Below, in pieces: positions 26,234-34,906 of a stretch of DNA of 38,051 bases. The stretch comes from a virus (Duplodnaviria > Caudoviricetes), in the IMG/VR virus record IMGVR_UViG_3300016659_000052, positions 1 to 38,051 of that record. One strand, written 5' to 3'. The notes under the pieces were generated by a model that had not been told where the DNA came from, did no database searches, and worked only from the letters and a program-made list of their open reading frames with translations. Position numbers and translations under genes: made by a program. Every line of letters begins with the position of its first letter. The stretch's first letter is position 1.

Positions 26234-26934
26234 TGTCGGCAAACTACACGCTGCCGTCGCCGGCCAAGATCGCGGGCTCCACGTTCAGGCTGAACCGCGT
26301 GCAGGCCGCGAATCCCTCGCGCGGGGGCCAGCACCAGACCGTGGACCTGGCCGAACCCCTGTGGTCGGCGCAGATCGCCACCACGCCGCTCTCCGACGCG
26401 CAGGCGGGGCAGTACGACGCGCTGTTCGCGCGCCTGCGCGGGACCGCGCGCACGGTGGATGTCTATGACGCCCGCCGCCCGCGACCCATCGCCTACCGGT
26501 CCACACCGAACAGCGGCGTCACGGCCGCCAGCACCGGCACACTCGCGGCCACGACGGCGGTCCTCGCCAGCCACACCAGCCAGCCATGGGGCGCGCCGTT
26601 CATTGTCGGCATCAACCGCGCGCTGTCCACACTGGCGATCCAGGGCTTCACGCCGGGCGCGACGCTGTCGCCGGGTGATTACATCGCATGGGATGACGGC
26701 CCGGCCCGGCGGCTGCACATCGTCGTGACTGCGGGCACGGTCAATTCCATCGGCGCCATCGAGATCGCGGTCGAGCCCCCGCCGCCGGGCACGCCCACCG
26801 CAATCCTTCCGGCGACGGCGTACATGGAAAAGGCCGCCGCCGAGATGGTGATCGTGCAGTTCGACCATCCATGGCGCGTCGGCCAATCGAGCGCGGCCAG
26901 CTTTTCCGCAGTGCAGGTGCTGCGCCGATACTAG
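26233..26934 (+). CDS. Distal tail (Dit)-like protein
   Basis: Follows the TMP; PLWSA, ARLRG...V.VYD..RP.P, L.PGDYI. Confidence 0.65.
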   Translation: MSANYTLPSPAKIAGSTFRLNRVQAANPSRGGQHQTVDLAEPLWSAQIATTPLSDAQAGQYDALFARLRGTARTVDVYDARRPRPIAYRSTPNSGVTAASTGTLAATTAVLASHTSQPWGAPFIVGINRALSTLAIQGFTPGATLSPGDYIAWDDGPARRLHIVVTAGTVNSIGAIEIAVEPPPPGTPTAILPATAYMEKAAAEMVIVQFDHPWRVGQSSAASFSAVQVLRRY

Positions 26935-26939
26935 CCGCC
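26905..26939 (+). promoter_or_regulatory. Putative late promoter 5 (leaderless)
   Basis: TCCGC-N17-GATACT-N7-ATG(26940). Confidence 0.65.
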
Positions 26940-28043
26940 ATGGCGCTTTCATCGGTCTCAATCCCGGCGGCGAACGACCCGACCGCCGATCCGCTCTTCA
27001 CCGCGTTCGGCAAGGTCAATGCGGCGATCGCTGCGGCCAATGCCGGCGCGCTCCACGGCTTCAAGAACCGGCTCATCAATGGCGATTTCCGCCTGAACCA
27101 GCGCGTCGCGGGCGCCGCCGCCGCCGACAACACCTATGGCTTCGACCGCTGGAAAACGCTCACCCAGACCGGGACGATCACGCTTTCTCAGCTCACCGAC
27201 GCCGAGGCCGGCACGCCGACCGCGATCCGGCTCACGCAGGCGCAGGCGTCGGCGCAGCGCATGGGGCAGATGCAGTGGATCGAAAGCGCGAACTGCCGCG
27301 ACCTCCGGGGAAGGGGCGCGGTGGTTTCAGGCCGTGTCCGGTGTTCCGCCGCGACCAACATCCGCTACGCGGTCATCGAATGGACCGGGACCGCCGACGC
27401 GCCCGTCGCCGATCCGGTCCTTGACTGGACCAGCGTGTCCTACACGCCCGGCGGCTTCTTCACCGCCACGACGCTCAATGTGCTGGCGACGGGCGTGGTC
27501 GCCACTACCGCCAACACCTGGCGCGACCTGACCGACCTTGCGGTGACCGTCGGCGCCAGCGCCAACAATCTCGGCGTGGTGCTCTGGACCGAAAGCACGC
27601 AGGCGCAGAACGTGACGCTCGATTTTGGGCGCCTCCAGATTGAGCCCGGCGCGGTCTCGACGGCGTTCGAGCTTCGCCCGATCCAGGCCGAACTGGCGCT
27701 GTGCCAGCGGTACTACCAAAAAAGCTACGCCTACGCGACGGCTCCGGGGGCCGCGACCGCCACAGGCGTAACGGTTGTTCCGCTTAACGGCAACGCGAGC
27801 ACGCTATATTCTTCCGCCACCGTATCGCTTGTTCCCAAGCGAGCGACGCCGACAGTGACTGCCTATGACAACGCCGGCAACGCGTCGCGTGTGACGGACT
27901 TTACCGGCGGCGGACTCAGCCAGACCGACAACAGAAACACGATCCTGAACATCACGGCGTCCACCGACAGCTTTCGTCTGATCAACACGCAGAGCGGAAC
28001 CACCTTTTCCACCTTCCACTGGACGGCGGACGCTGAACTATGA
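26940..28043 (+). CDS. Tail fibre/receptor-binding protein with carbohydrate-binding-like domain
   Basis: ANDPTADPLFTAFGKVN N-terminus, KNRLINGDF, DRW, QIEPG...T.FE.RP...ELALCQRYY. Confidence 0.75.
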   Translation: MALSSVSIPAANDPTADPLFTAFGKVNAAIAAANAGALHGFKNRLINGDFRLNQRVAGAAAADNTYGFDRWKTLTQTGTITLSQLTDAEAGTPTAIRLTQAQASAQRMGQMQWIESANCRDLRGRGAVVSGRVRCSAATNIRYAVIEWTGTADAPVADPVLDWTSVSYTPGGFFTATTLNVLATGVVATTANTWRDLTDLAVTVGASANNLGVVLWTESTQAQNVTLDFGRLQIEPGAVSTAFELRPIQAELALCQRYYQKSYAYATAPGAATATGVTVVPLNGNASTLYSSATVSLVPKRATPTVTAYDNAGNASRVTDFTGGGLSQTDNRNTILNITASTDSFRLINTQSGTTFSTFHWTADAEL

Positions 28044-28420
28044 CGCATCGCTGGGGCGACGCCGCGCACACCTTCGTGATCCGGGACGCGGACGGGGCCA
28101 ACATCCCCGCCAACCCGCTCAACCGCGACTTCGCCGCGCTCGATCCGGGCGCCGTCGCGGCCTACGTCGCGCCGCCGACGCCGCCGGTCTCGGTGACGCC
28201 GTGGCAGGCGCGCGAGGCGCTCAGGCTTGCGGGCAAGCTCGCCGCCGTCGAGGCCGCGATCGAGGCGCTGGGCGTCACGCATCCGGCCTATAACGCCTGG
28301 CACTATGCCGAGCGCATCCGCCGCGATAGTCCGCTGATCGCCGCGCTGGCGCCGGCGCTCCAGCTTTCGGACGCCGACCTTGACGCCCTGTTCGAGGCGG
28401 CGCGGGGCCTGTCGCTTTAA
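28040..28420 (+). CDS. Tail fibre assembly/accessory protein
   Basis: IP.NP.NRD, VT.WQAR.AL...G, W.YA..I.R.SPLI, LD.LF..A. Confidence 0.7.
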   Translation: MTHRWGDAAHTFVIRDADGANIPANPLNRDFAALDPGAVAAYVAPPTPPVSVTPWQAREALRLAGKLAAVEAAIEALGVTHPAYNAWHYAERIRRDSPLIAALAPALQLSDADLDALFEAARGLSL

Positions 28421-29115
28421 TGGCCGTTACGCTCACCGATGCGCAGCGACGCGCGCTTCGTGAAAAGGCCGTCGCGCTTCGGGTTCTGGTCGACCTCTAT
28501 CTCGGATCGGGCCGCTATTCCTTCTGGGATGGCGACGCGCACGCCAGCTTCGAAGGGCAGACCTATCTCGCCGCCGGCGCCTTCGCCACGGTCTCGCAGA
28601 TTTCCTATGGGCAGGACCTGGGCGCGGAGGGGATCGAGATCACGTTCAACGCCTCGACGCTGCTCGCGCAATCGGCGGAGCCGTTCGACCCCGCCGCGCT
28701 TTTGTCGACCATCCACGCCGAGGCGTACCACCAGCGGCGCATCGATGTGCGGTTTGCGATCTTCGACGCCGAGACCGGCGCGCTGGTGCTGTTGATCCGG
28801 CGGTTTGCGGGGCTGATCGACCAGATCGAGATCCGCGAGGTCCCGTCTGGCGACGAAGGCCCCGGCGGCGCGCTGATGGTCATCAAGTGCGAGAGCGTGG
28901 CGCGCCGGTACGGCCGCCGCGAGGGTCGGACGCGAACACACGAGGACCAGCAAGAGATCTGGGGGGCGGGCGTCGACGACTTCTTCAAGTTCGTCGCATC
29001 GTCGATCAGCGGCGAGACGCGGCTGCTCTGGGGCCGCGCGCCGACCAATCAGCCGGGCGCCATTGCGCCGGGGGATCGGGGCATTGACCCGATCCTTCCG
29101 CCGAACGTGAACTGA
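28420..29115 (+). CDS. Baseplate hub protein (lambda gpL/DUF2163-like)
   Basis: FWDG...F.G.TY.AAG, F.G.ID, RT..DQ; position before the NlpC-like gene. Confidence 0.7.
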   Translation: MAVTLTDAQRRALREKAVALRVLVDLYLGSGRYSFWDGDAHASFEGQTYLAAGAFATVSQISYGQDLGAEGIEITFNASTLLAQSAEPFDPAALLSTIHAEAYHQRRIDVRFAIFDAETGALVLLIRRFAGLIDQIEIREVPSGDEGPGGALMVIKCESVARRYGRREGRTRTHEDQQEIWGAGVDDFFKFVASSISGETRLLWGRAPTNQPGAIAPGDRGIDPILPPNVN

Positions 29116-29510
29116 TGCGGGCGCCGGACTGGCGCGCACGGCTGGCCGCGTTCATCGAGGCGCGGCGCGCGACGCCGTTTGTGTGGGGCGCGCATGATTG
29201 CTGCCTCTTCGCCGCCGACGCCGTGCTTGCCATGGGCGGGCCGGACGTGGCCGCGCCGCTGCGGGGTTATGCCTCCCGCTTCGGCGCGCTGCGACGGCTC
29301 CGGCGCGCAGGCTTCACGCGCGTGTTCGATGTGGTCGACACCGCGTTCCCGGTCGGCGCCCGCGCGAGGGAGGGGGATGTCGTCGGCGTTCCCGCATGGC
29401 CGCTCGATGCGCTCATGATCGCGCACGACGCGGCGTCAGCGTGGGGCCAGGACGAACGCGGCCTTGTGCGTCTGCCGATCCCTGACGGCGCCGTGATCTG
29501 GAGCGTGTAG
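29115..29510 (+). CDS. NlpC/P60-like tail assembly protein (gpK-like)
   Basis: DW.ARL..FI....TPFVWGAHDCCLFAADAV, A.EGDV. Confidence 0.8.
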   Translation: MRAPDWRARLAAFIEARRATPFVWGAHDCCLFAADAVLAMGGPDVAAPLRGYASRFGALRRLRRAGFTRVFDVVDTAFPVGARAREGDVVGVPAWPLDALMIAHDAASAWGQDERGLVRLPIPDGAVIWSV

Positions 29511-29514
29511 ACCC

Positions 29515-31830
29515 ATGCCGCCCGTCGCCGCCGCCATCGCCGCCATTGGGACCGCGTTCATCTCGACGGTCGGCTCCGCATTCATGGCGCTCGGCTTCAC
29601 CGCCGGGACGGCAGGGTTTCTGGCCGGCACGATCCTGCGCATCGGGATCGGGCTTGCGCTTGGCTACGTCATGCGCGCGCTGTCGCCGAAGCCGGACGTC
29701 GGCGCCATCGACCAGGGCCAGGAGCTCACGCTCAAGTTCGACGCGGCCTATCCCCGCGAAATCGTGGTCGGCACTGCCGCGACGGGCGGGTCGATGGTGT
29801 TTGCCCAGACCACCGGCGCCAAGCGCGAATTCCTCTGGCGCGTGGTCGCGCTCTCGGACTGCGAGATCGACTCGGTCACGGAGGTGTGGGGCGACGGCCA
29901 GAAGCTCACCTTCTCGGGCGACTGGCATTCGACCTACGCCACCTGCACGTCGCACTACAAATCGACCGGCGGGACCGCGCGCCTCTCGATCCGCATCTAC
30001 AAGGGCACGGCGACGCAGACCTACGACACGACGCTTGCGGGGGCGTGCTCGGAAATCACGTCCACGTTCCGCGGCCTCGGCGTGGCCTACGCCATCATCA
30101 GGTGCGAGTTCGACCCCGACGCATTTCCAGGCGGGGAACCGCGGCTGATGTTCATCGTCAAGGGCGCGAAGATCCTCGATCCGCGCACCGGCACGACCGC
30201 ATGGACCGCCAACGCCGCTCTCGTGGCAAAGGAAGCCATGCGCGGCTTCCAGATGAACGGCGTCCGCGTGGTCGGGCTCGGGTGCTCGGCGTCGGACGTG
30301 CCGGACGCGCAGGTTGCGGTCGCGGCCGACGCCTGCGACGAGGCCGTCACGCTTTCGGCGGGCGGGACGGAGGCGCGCTATCAGGCGAACGGCGTGCTTT
30401 CGGCGGCCGAGACGGCGCGCGAGATCATCACGAACCTCACCGCCGCCATGGCCGGGCGCCACATCGACCGCGGCGGGGAGGTGATCTTCCTGCCCGGCGT
30501 CGCGCGCACGCCGGTGCTCGCCTTGACCGACGCCGACATCCTCGCCGACGCGCCGATCACCTACGCGCAGAAACAGACCGCCGACCGCCTCATCAACACG
30601 ATGGTATCGACGTTCGTCGATCCGGCAAGCGCATGGCAAGAGAACGCCCTGCCGGTGCGGAAGGATACGAGCGCCATCGCGGCGGACGGCGACCGATTCG
30701 TCGCGCGACGCGGCTACCGGTTCGTGACCTCGCGCACGCAGGGCCAGCGTCTCGACATGATCTCGCTCAAGGAAGCGCGCCAGCAGGCGCGGGCGTCGGT
30801 GACCCTGCCGCTGTGGGCGCTGGAGCTGGAGCCCGGCGACTGGATCACATGGACGAGCGCCAGGTTCACGGGGGTGAAGACGTTCGTGGTCGAGGGCCTG
30901 CAGCTCGCCATTTCTTCCGATGCGTCCGCGCCGTCCGCGCGGGTCCAGGTCGCGCTGGCCGAGATCGACGCCTCGGTGTTTGCGTGGTCGACCTCGGACG
31001 AGATCAGCGGCGCGACGGTCACGGTCGCGCGCGCGACCCCGCCGAAGACCTTGCAGGGCGCGCCGTCCACGCTGACCTATCAGGCGCCGCTGACGCGCAG
31101 CCCTGCGTCGATCCTGTCGAGCGCGGATGTGGCCGGCGCGGCGCGCATTTCCATCGCGGCGCACACCGACACCGGCGCGGGCGGAACCGTCTCGCGCAAC
31201 GCCGGCACGATCTCGGGGCTTTCCTACGCCACCGGGTATCACGTCTGGGCCAATGACCCCGGCACGCCCTATGGCGCGGGCGGCGCGGTCACCTACGTCG
31301 CGGCGACCTCGCTTTCGACCTACGTCGACAGCGACGATCACAAATGGCTTGGCTTTATCACCACCGTCGCCGCCGGCGGCGGGGGCGGGGGCTATGTGCC
31401 GCCGACCGGGAACGATTGCGTCGCCGCGCTGGCGTGGCTTAATCCGCGCCGCCGCGCCATCGATGTGGGCCCCGGCGATCTCATCGACGCGCTCACCGAG
31501 GACGGGCGGGGCGTCGAGGCGGTCGAGGTTGAGGGCTCGCGCATCGTGTACGCGCAGTGCGTGCGGCTCGTTTCCGACAGCGGGATCATGCTGACCTGTT
31601 CACGGATGACGCCGGTGACGCAGCCGGACGGACGCACGATCTGGGCGCATGAGGCCAAGGGCGCCGCGATCGCGGTGGAGGACGCCGGGGGCTTCCGGTG
31701 GGAGACTATCGCGCGCGTCGATTGCGTCGGCGAACACCAGGTCGCCCGCATCCACTGCCATGGCCGCACGTACGGCGCAGGCGACGTGCGCGGGCGGCGG
31801 ATGTTCACCCACAACCCGATCAAGCCGTGA
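29515..31830 (+). CDS. Tail tip/host-specificity protein (gpJ-like) with C-terminal Hint domain (31417-31815)
   Basis: PREIVVG...GG, V.GAKI.DPR, RY.ANGV, LEPGD.I; Gly linker, then C635-V...GD...MFTHN767. Confidence 0.85.
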   Translation: MPPVAAAIAAIGTAFISTVGSAFMALGFTAGTAGFLAGTILRIGIGLALGYVMRALSPKPDVGAIDQGQELTLKFDAAYPREIVVGTAATGGSMVFAQTTGAKREFLWRVVALSDCEIDSVTEVWGDGQKLTFSGDWHSTYATCTSHYKSTGGTARLSIRIYKGTATQTYDTTLAGACSEITSTFRGLGVAYAIIRCEFDPDAFPGGEPRLMFIVKGAKILDPRTGTTAWTANAALVAKEAMRGFQMNGVRVVGLGCSASDVPDAQVAVAADACDEAVTLSAGGTEARYQANGVLSAAETAREIITNLTAAMAGRHIDRGGEVIFLPGVARTPVLALTDADILADAPITYAQKQTADRLINTMVSTFVDPASAWQENALPVRKDTSAIAADGDRFVARRGYRFVTSRTQGQRLDMISLKEARQQARASVTLPLWALELEPGDWITWTSARFTGVKTFVVEGLQLAISSDASAPSARVQVALAEIDASVFAWSTSDEISGATVTVARATPPKTLQGAPSTLTYQAPLTRSPASILSSADVAGAARISIAAHTDTGAGGTVSRNAGTISGLSYATGYHVWANDPGTPYGAGGAVTYVAATSLSTYVDSDDHKWLGFITTVAAGGGGGGYVPPTGNDCVAALAWLNPRRRAIDVGPGDLIDALTEDGRGVEAVEVEGSRIVYAQCVRLVSDSGIMLTCSRMTPVTQPDGRTIWAHEAKGAAIAVEDAGGFRWETIARVDCVGEHQVARIHCHGRTYGAGDVRGRRMFTHNPIKP

Positions 31831-31834
31831 GCTT

Positions 31835-31869
31835 TCCGCAACAGGGGCGCGCAGGCCTAAGGTTGCCAC
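31835..31869 (+). promoter_or_regulatory. Putative late promoter 6
   Basis: TCCGC-N18-TAAGGT, intergenic and upstream of the spike module. Confidence 0.65.
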
Positions 31870-31889
31870 ACAACGGGAAAGGTTGAGCC

Positions 31890-32216
31890 GTGACCGACCG
31901 CATACTTGTCAGCCAGCAGATTGCTTCGGGCGTCATCACCACGACGACGACGCTGCCCCCCGGTGACACCGTCCCGCGTGTTTGGGCCGTCGGCGACTGG
32001 CCCGCGGTTGACTTTGCCATGATCACGCCCGCCGACGCCGATCTCGCCGTCATCCCGCGCGGGCTGATCATTGGCGGCGCAGGCAATCTCGTCGTCCGCA
32101 AGATCGGCTCCAGCACGAACGTGACCATCCCCGTGCAGGCCGGGCAGACGCTGCCGATCTGTCCGCAGCAAATCAGGGCCGCGACGACCGCGACAAGCAT
32201 TCTGGCGCTGTACTGA
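31890..32216 (+). CDS. Head spike base protein (RcGTA Rcc01079-like)
   Basis: ITP.DADL...RGL.IGGAGNL.VR...VT..V.AG..LPI...I.A.TTA..I.AL. Confidence 0.7.
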   Translation: MTDRILVSQQIASGVITTTTTLPPGDTVPRVWAVGDWPAVDFAMITPADADLAVIPRGLIIGGAGNLVVRKIGSSTNVTIPVQAGQTLPICPQQIRAATTATSILALY

Positions 32217-32217
32217 G

Positions 32218-32379
32218 ATGCAGATCGGCATCAGCCTTTCGATCCCCGGCCTTGCCGTTCGTGGAGGGGGCTCGACGCCCGCGACTACGCCGGAGGTTGA
32301 GGTCATCACCCGCGACAGTTCGACGATTGTGATGCGTGACGGCTCCACGCTGGTCGCTGCATCTGGAGCACGCACATGA
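32218..32379 (+). CDS. Short spike adaptor (53 aa) with Rcc01080-like N-terminus
   Basis: Not in ORF track; MQIGISLSIPGLAVRGGGS...ITRDSSTIVMRDGSTLV; ATGA overlap with the next gene. Confidence 0.6.
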   Translation: MQIGISLSIPGLAVRGGGSTPATTPEVEVITRDSSTIVMRDGSTLVAASGART

Positions 32380-33320
32380 CCACGATGAACATCTTCGACA
32401 TGGTGGATACGTGGAACAACGCCGGTACCACGTTCACCGCGATCAAGATGAACGTCACCGACGCGGCGTCCGCAGCAGCGTCTCTGCTGCTGGACTTGCA
32501 GGTGGGGGGCTCTAGTCTATTCGCCATCCGCAAGGATGGCCGCCTCTCTCTTTGGCCCAGCGGGGCCGAACAAGTTAGGGTTGGGGCGCGCGCCGGTGCG
32601 GCGTTCAGCCTCTATAACACGTCGGACCTTGGCTTTTTCGACGCGCAAATGGGCGGTATGCAAGTCAGGTACCTAGCGTATCTCAGCTGGGCAAGCAGCG
32701 ATGACGCCACGGGCGCCGGTGACCTTCGCCTTTGGCGCGACGCCGCCAACACGCTCGCCCAGCGCAACGGCGTGAACGCGCAGGCGTTCCGGGTGTACAA
32801 TACGTTTACGGACGCGAGCAATTTCGAGCGCGGCTTTGTTCGGTGGTCGTCCAACGTCCTCGAAATCGGCTCTGAAGCGCTAGGGACTGGATCGGCGCGC
32901 CTTGTACAACTGACGTCTGCCGCAGGTGTGGCGATCAACGCGGCAAACGGGAACGACATTCTATTCCGAAGCGCGGGGACAAACCGCTGGCTGATCAACT
33001 CATCCAGTCACTTTCTCGCGGCGACTGATAACACCTACGACATCGGTGCGAACGGCGCTACGAGGCCGCGGAACATCTACGTTGCGGCAGCAGCCTTCGT
33101 ATCTCAGGCGAGCGCCATTCCCGCGGGCGGCACGGCAGGCGCCGGGCTCAATCTGTCGTCCACTGCAAACTTCGGCGTCTACTTCGGCTCCGGCGCGCCG
33201 ACGCTGAGCGCGGCGAAAGGCTCGCTGTACCTCCGCAGCGACGGCTCAAGCACGAGCACCCGCCTCTACGTCAACACGGACGGCTCAACCACCTGGACCA
33301 ACGTAACCACGGCGGACTGA
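32376..33320 (+). CDS. Fibre/spike protein (beta-rich)
   Basis: TWNN..TTFTAIKMNVTD, DNTYDIG....RPRNIY, GSGAPT.SA.KGSLYLR.DG; lower GC. Confidence 0.7.
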   Translation: MTTMNIFDMVDTWNNAGTTFTAIKMNVTDAASAAASLLLDLQVGGSSLFAIRKDGRLSLWPSGAEQVRVGARAGAAFSLYNTSDLGFFDAQMGGMQVRYLAYLSWASSDDATGAGDLRLWRDAANTLAQRNGVNAQAFRVYNTFTDASNFERGFVRWSSNVLEIGSEALGTGSARLVQLTSAAGVAINAANGNDILFRSAGTNRWLINSSSHFLAATDNTYDIGANGATRPRNIYVAAAAFVSQASAIPAGGTAGAGLNLSSTANFGVYFGSGAPTLSAAKGSLYLRSDGSSTSTRLYVNTDGSTTWTNVTTAD

Positions 33321-33323
33321 CCC

Positions 33324-33506
33324 ATGATGCTTCTCCCCCCGATCTCTGAGCAACAACTGCAAGCCCTCGCCGGGCTCATCGACGCCGGCCTGCGCGCCAC
33401 TGGCATCCGCGCGGCCAAGGACGCGGCTGCGCTAGTGGAATGGCTTGAGAAAGCCCAGCCCATGGAAGGGCCGAAAGAGCTTGAGCAGAAGGACGACGCG
33501 GCATGA
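33324..33506 (+). CDS. Small fibre-associated protein
   Basis: LQALAGLIDAGLRATG helix; follows the fibre gene. Confidence 0.6.
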   Translation: MMLLPPISEQQLQALAGLIDAGLRATGIRAAKDAAALVEWLEKAQPMEGPKELEQKDDAA

Positions 33507-33682
33507 CCTTTACCGTTGAGATCACTGATCCCCGCAAGCTCGCCGGCGTCACCGCCGCGCGAGAGGCGTACAACGCCACGGCTGCCGAGGCGGACCAGAT
33601 CGCCACGGATGAGGCCTACGTCCAGTTCGTGATGGACCGCGCGGCGGAAAGCTACGCGAACCAGTACGGAGTGCCTGAGTGA
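33503..33682 (+). CDS. Hypothetical protein (59 aa)
   Basis: Not in ORF track; MTFTVEITDPRKLAGVTAAREAYN...YVQFVMDRAAESYANQY; ATGA-coupled. Confidence 0.65.
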   Translation: MTFTVEITDPRKLAGVTAAREAYNATAAEADQIATDEAYVQFVMDRAAESYANQYGVPE

Positions 33683-33768
33683 CGCTGCCGAACCCGTGCG
33701 CGTTCGAGGGCGACGCCTACGCCCGCATGCTCTGCCACGAAGTGGCGCACGCGCAGGGGATGGAGTGA
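33679..33768 (+). pseudogene. Fragment of an HExxH metallopeptidase-like gene
   Basis: GTGA-coupled 29 codons: VTLPNPCAFEGDAYARMLCHEVAHAQG(ME*). Confidence 0.5.
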
Positions 33769-33775
33769 CCCGGCG

Positions 33776-34141
33776 ATGACCGACGCCGCCTACGAGCCTG
33801 TTTCGGGCCTCGACATCAACGACACCGACACCGTGTTCCGCAATCCGGCGACGGGGCGGCTGGTGAAGGTGCGCGTCGTGCGCGTCGAAGGCGGCGGCTT
33901 CGGGCTTGCCGTGTTCGAGGTCTCGGGCGCGGCCTGCAATGCGGAGGGCCGGGCGCTGCCATGGGGCGAGGGGCACGCCATCGCGCCGGCGCAGCGGCTC
34001 ACGATCCACACCGACCGGCCCGTCGATGTCGGCGCGATCCTCGAGGAGAAACGCCTCGAGGTCGCCGCGGCCACGCTGAACGCGCTCGCCATGGAAGAAG
34101 CGCTCCGGGCTAGTCCGCGCTGCGTCGCGCCGGGGCGATGA
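33776..34141 (+). CDS. Hypothetical protein
   Basis: GGAG RBS; phage-like codon usage. Confidence 0.65.
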   Translation: MTDAAYEPVSGLDINDTDTVFRNPATGRLVKVRVVRVEGGGFGLAVFEVSGAACNAEGRALPWGEGHAIAPAQRLTIHTDRPVDVGAILEEKRLEVAAATLNALAMEEALRASPRCVAPGR

Positions 34142-34148
34142 TGGGCGC

Positions 34149-34478
34149 ATGACCGAGACCGCACCCCCGCGCGGCAGCGCCTACGATCCCAACGCCGTCG
34201 CGCAGGCGGCCAGCGCGTTCCATTTCCGGCCCGCGCCCCTCGATCCGGCGGCGCTGCCGAACCCGGAGACGTTTTTTCAGTTTGTGGACCGAGGCTGGCG
34301 GCCCATCGTCGGCGGCGCCTGCGGCCTCGCCATCGCCTATTCCGTGATCTTCGACGAGCGGCCCAACCAGGAAAAGCTCTGGGTCGCCGCCGCCGTCGCG
34401 ATGGGGCTCGCCGGCGCCCGCACGGTGGAGCGCAACCGCATCGGCGCGCCGCTGCCGCCGCAGGGGGCGGCCGGATGA
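34149..34478 (+). CDS. Holin (GTA 3TM-holin-like)
   Basis: GWRPIVG..CG.AIAY and MGLAGARTVER motifs; precedes the spanins. Confidence 0.7.
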   Translation: MTETAPPRGSAYDPNAVAQAASAFHFRPAPLDPAALPNPETFFQFVDRGWRPIVGGACGLAIAYSVIFDERPNQEKLWVAAAVAMGLAGARTVERNRIGAPLPPQGAAG

Positions 34479-34906
34479 AGCTCAGCGCGAAGGGCTGGAT
34501 CGCGGTCTCCCTCGCCGTCGTGATCGGCCTCGTGGTGATCGTCGAGGCCGCAATCCTCGCCGAACGCCGCGCACAGAAGGCCGCCGGGAAAGTCGTCGCC
34601 ATCGACGCCGCGCGCCGGGGCGAGGTCATCCGCGCCGAGACCAATCAGGCCGTGGCGATCCGCGGCGCGCAGGCCGCTGACGTCCAGATCCGCGTCGAAC
34701 GCACCACCCAGACCATCATCCGTGAAATCGAGGCCCGCCCCGATGCATCTACGCCTGTCCCCCCCGACCTTGCTCGCGCTTGGGTCGCTGGCCTTGAGCG
34801 CGTGTGCGACGCGGCCGGCGCCGACGCCTGCGCCCGTGGCCCCGATCGAGCTCACGCCGGCGCTGGAAACGAGCCCGTGCCTGCGCGGGTCGATCCCGGA
34901 CCCTGA
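34475..34906 (+). CDS. i-spanin (Rz-like)
   Basis: N-terminal TM, coiled coil, overlapping lipoprotein gene. Confidence 0.7.
   Translation: MKLSAKGWIAVSLAVVIGLVVIVEAAILAERRAQKAAGKVVAIDAARRGEVIRAETNQAVAIRGAQAADVQIRVERTTQTIIREIEARPDASTPVPPDLARAWVAGLERVCDAAGADACARGPDRAHAGAGNEPVPARVDPGP

Noticed and set aside
31417-31815. Canonical splicing intein or homing element
   Set aside because: No endonuclease, +1 residue is Pro, and only four residues follow; treated as a BIL/Hint cleavage domain
26940-33320. DGR or Gin-type invertible fibre cassette
   Set aside because: No reverse transcriptase, no TR/VR pair and no oppositely oriented fibre fragment seen
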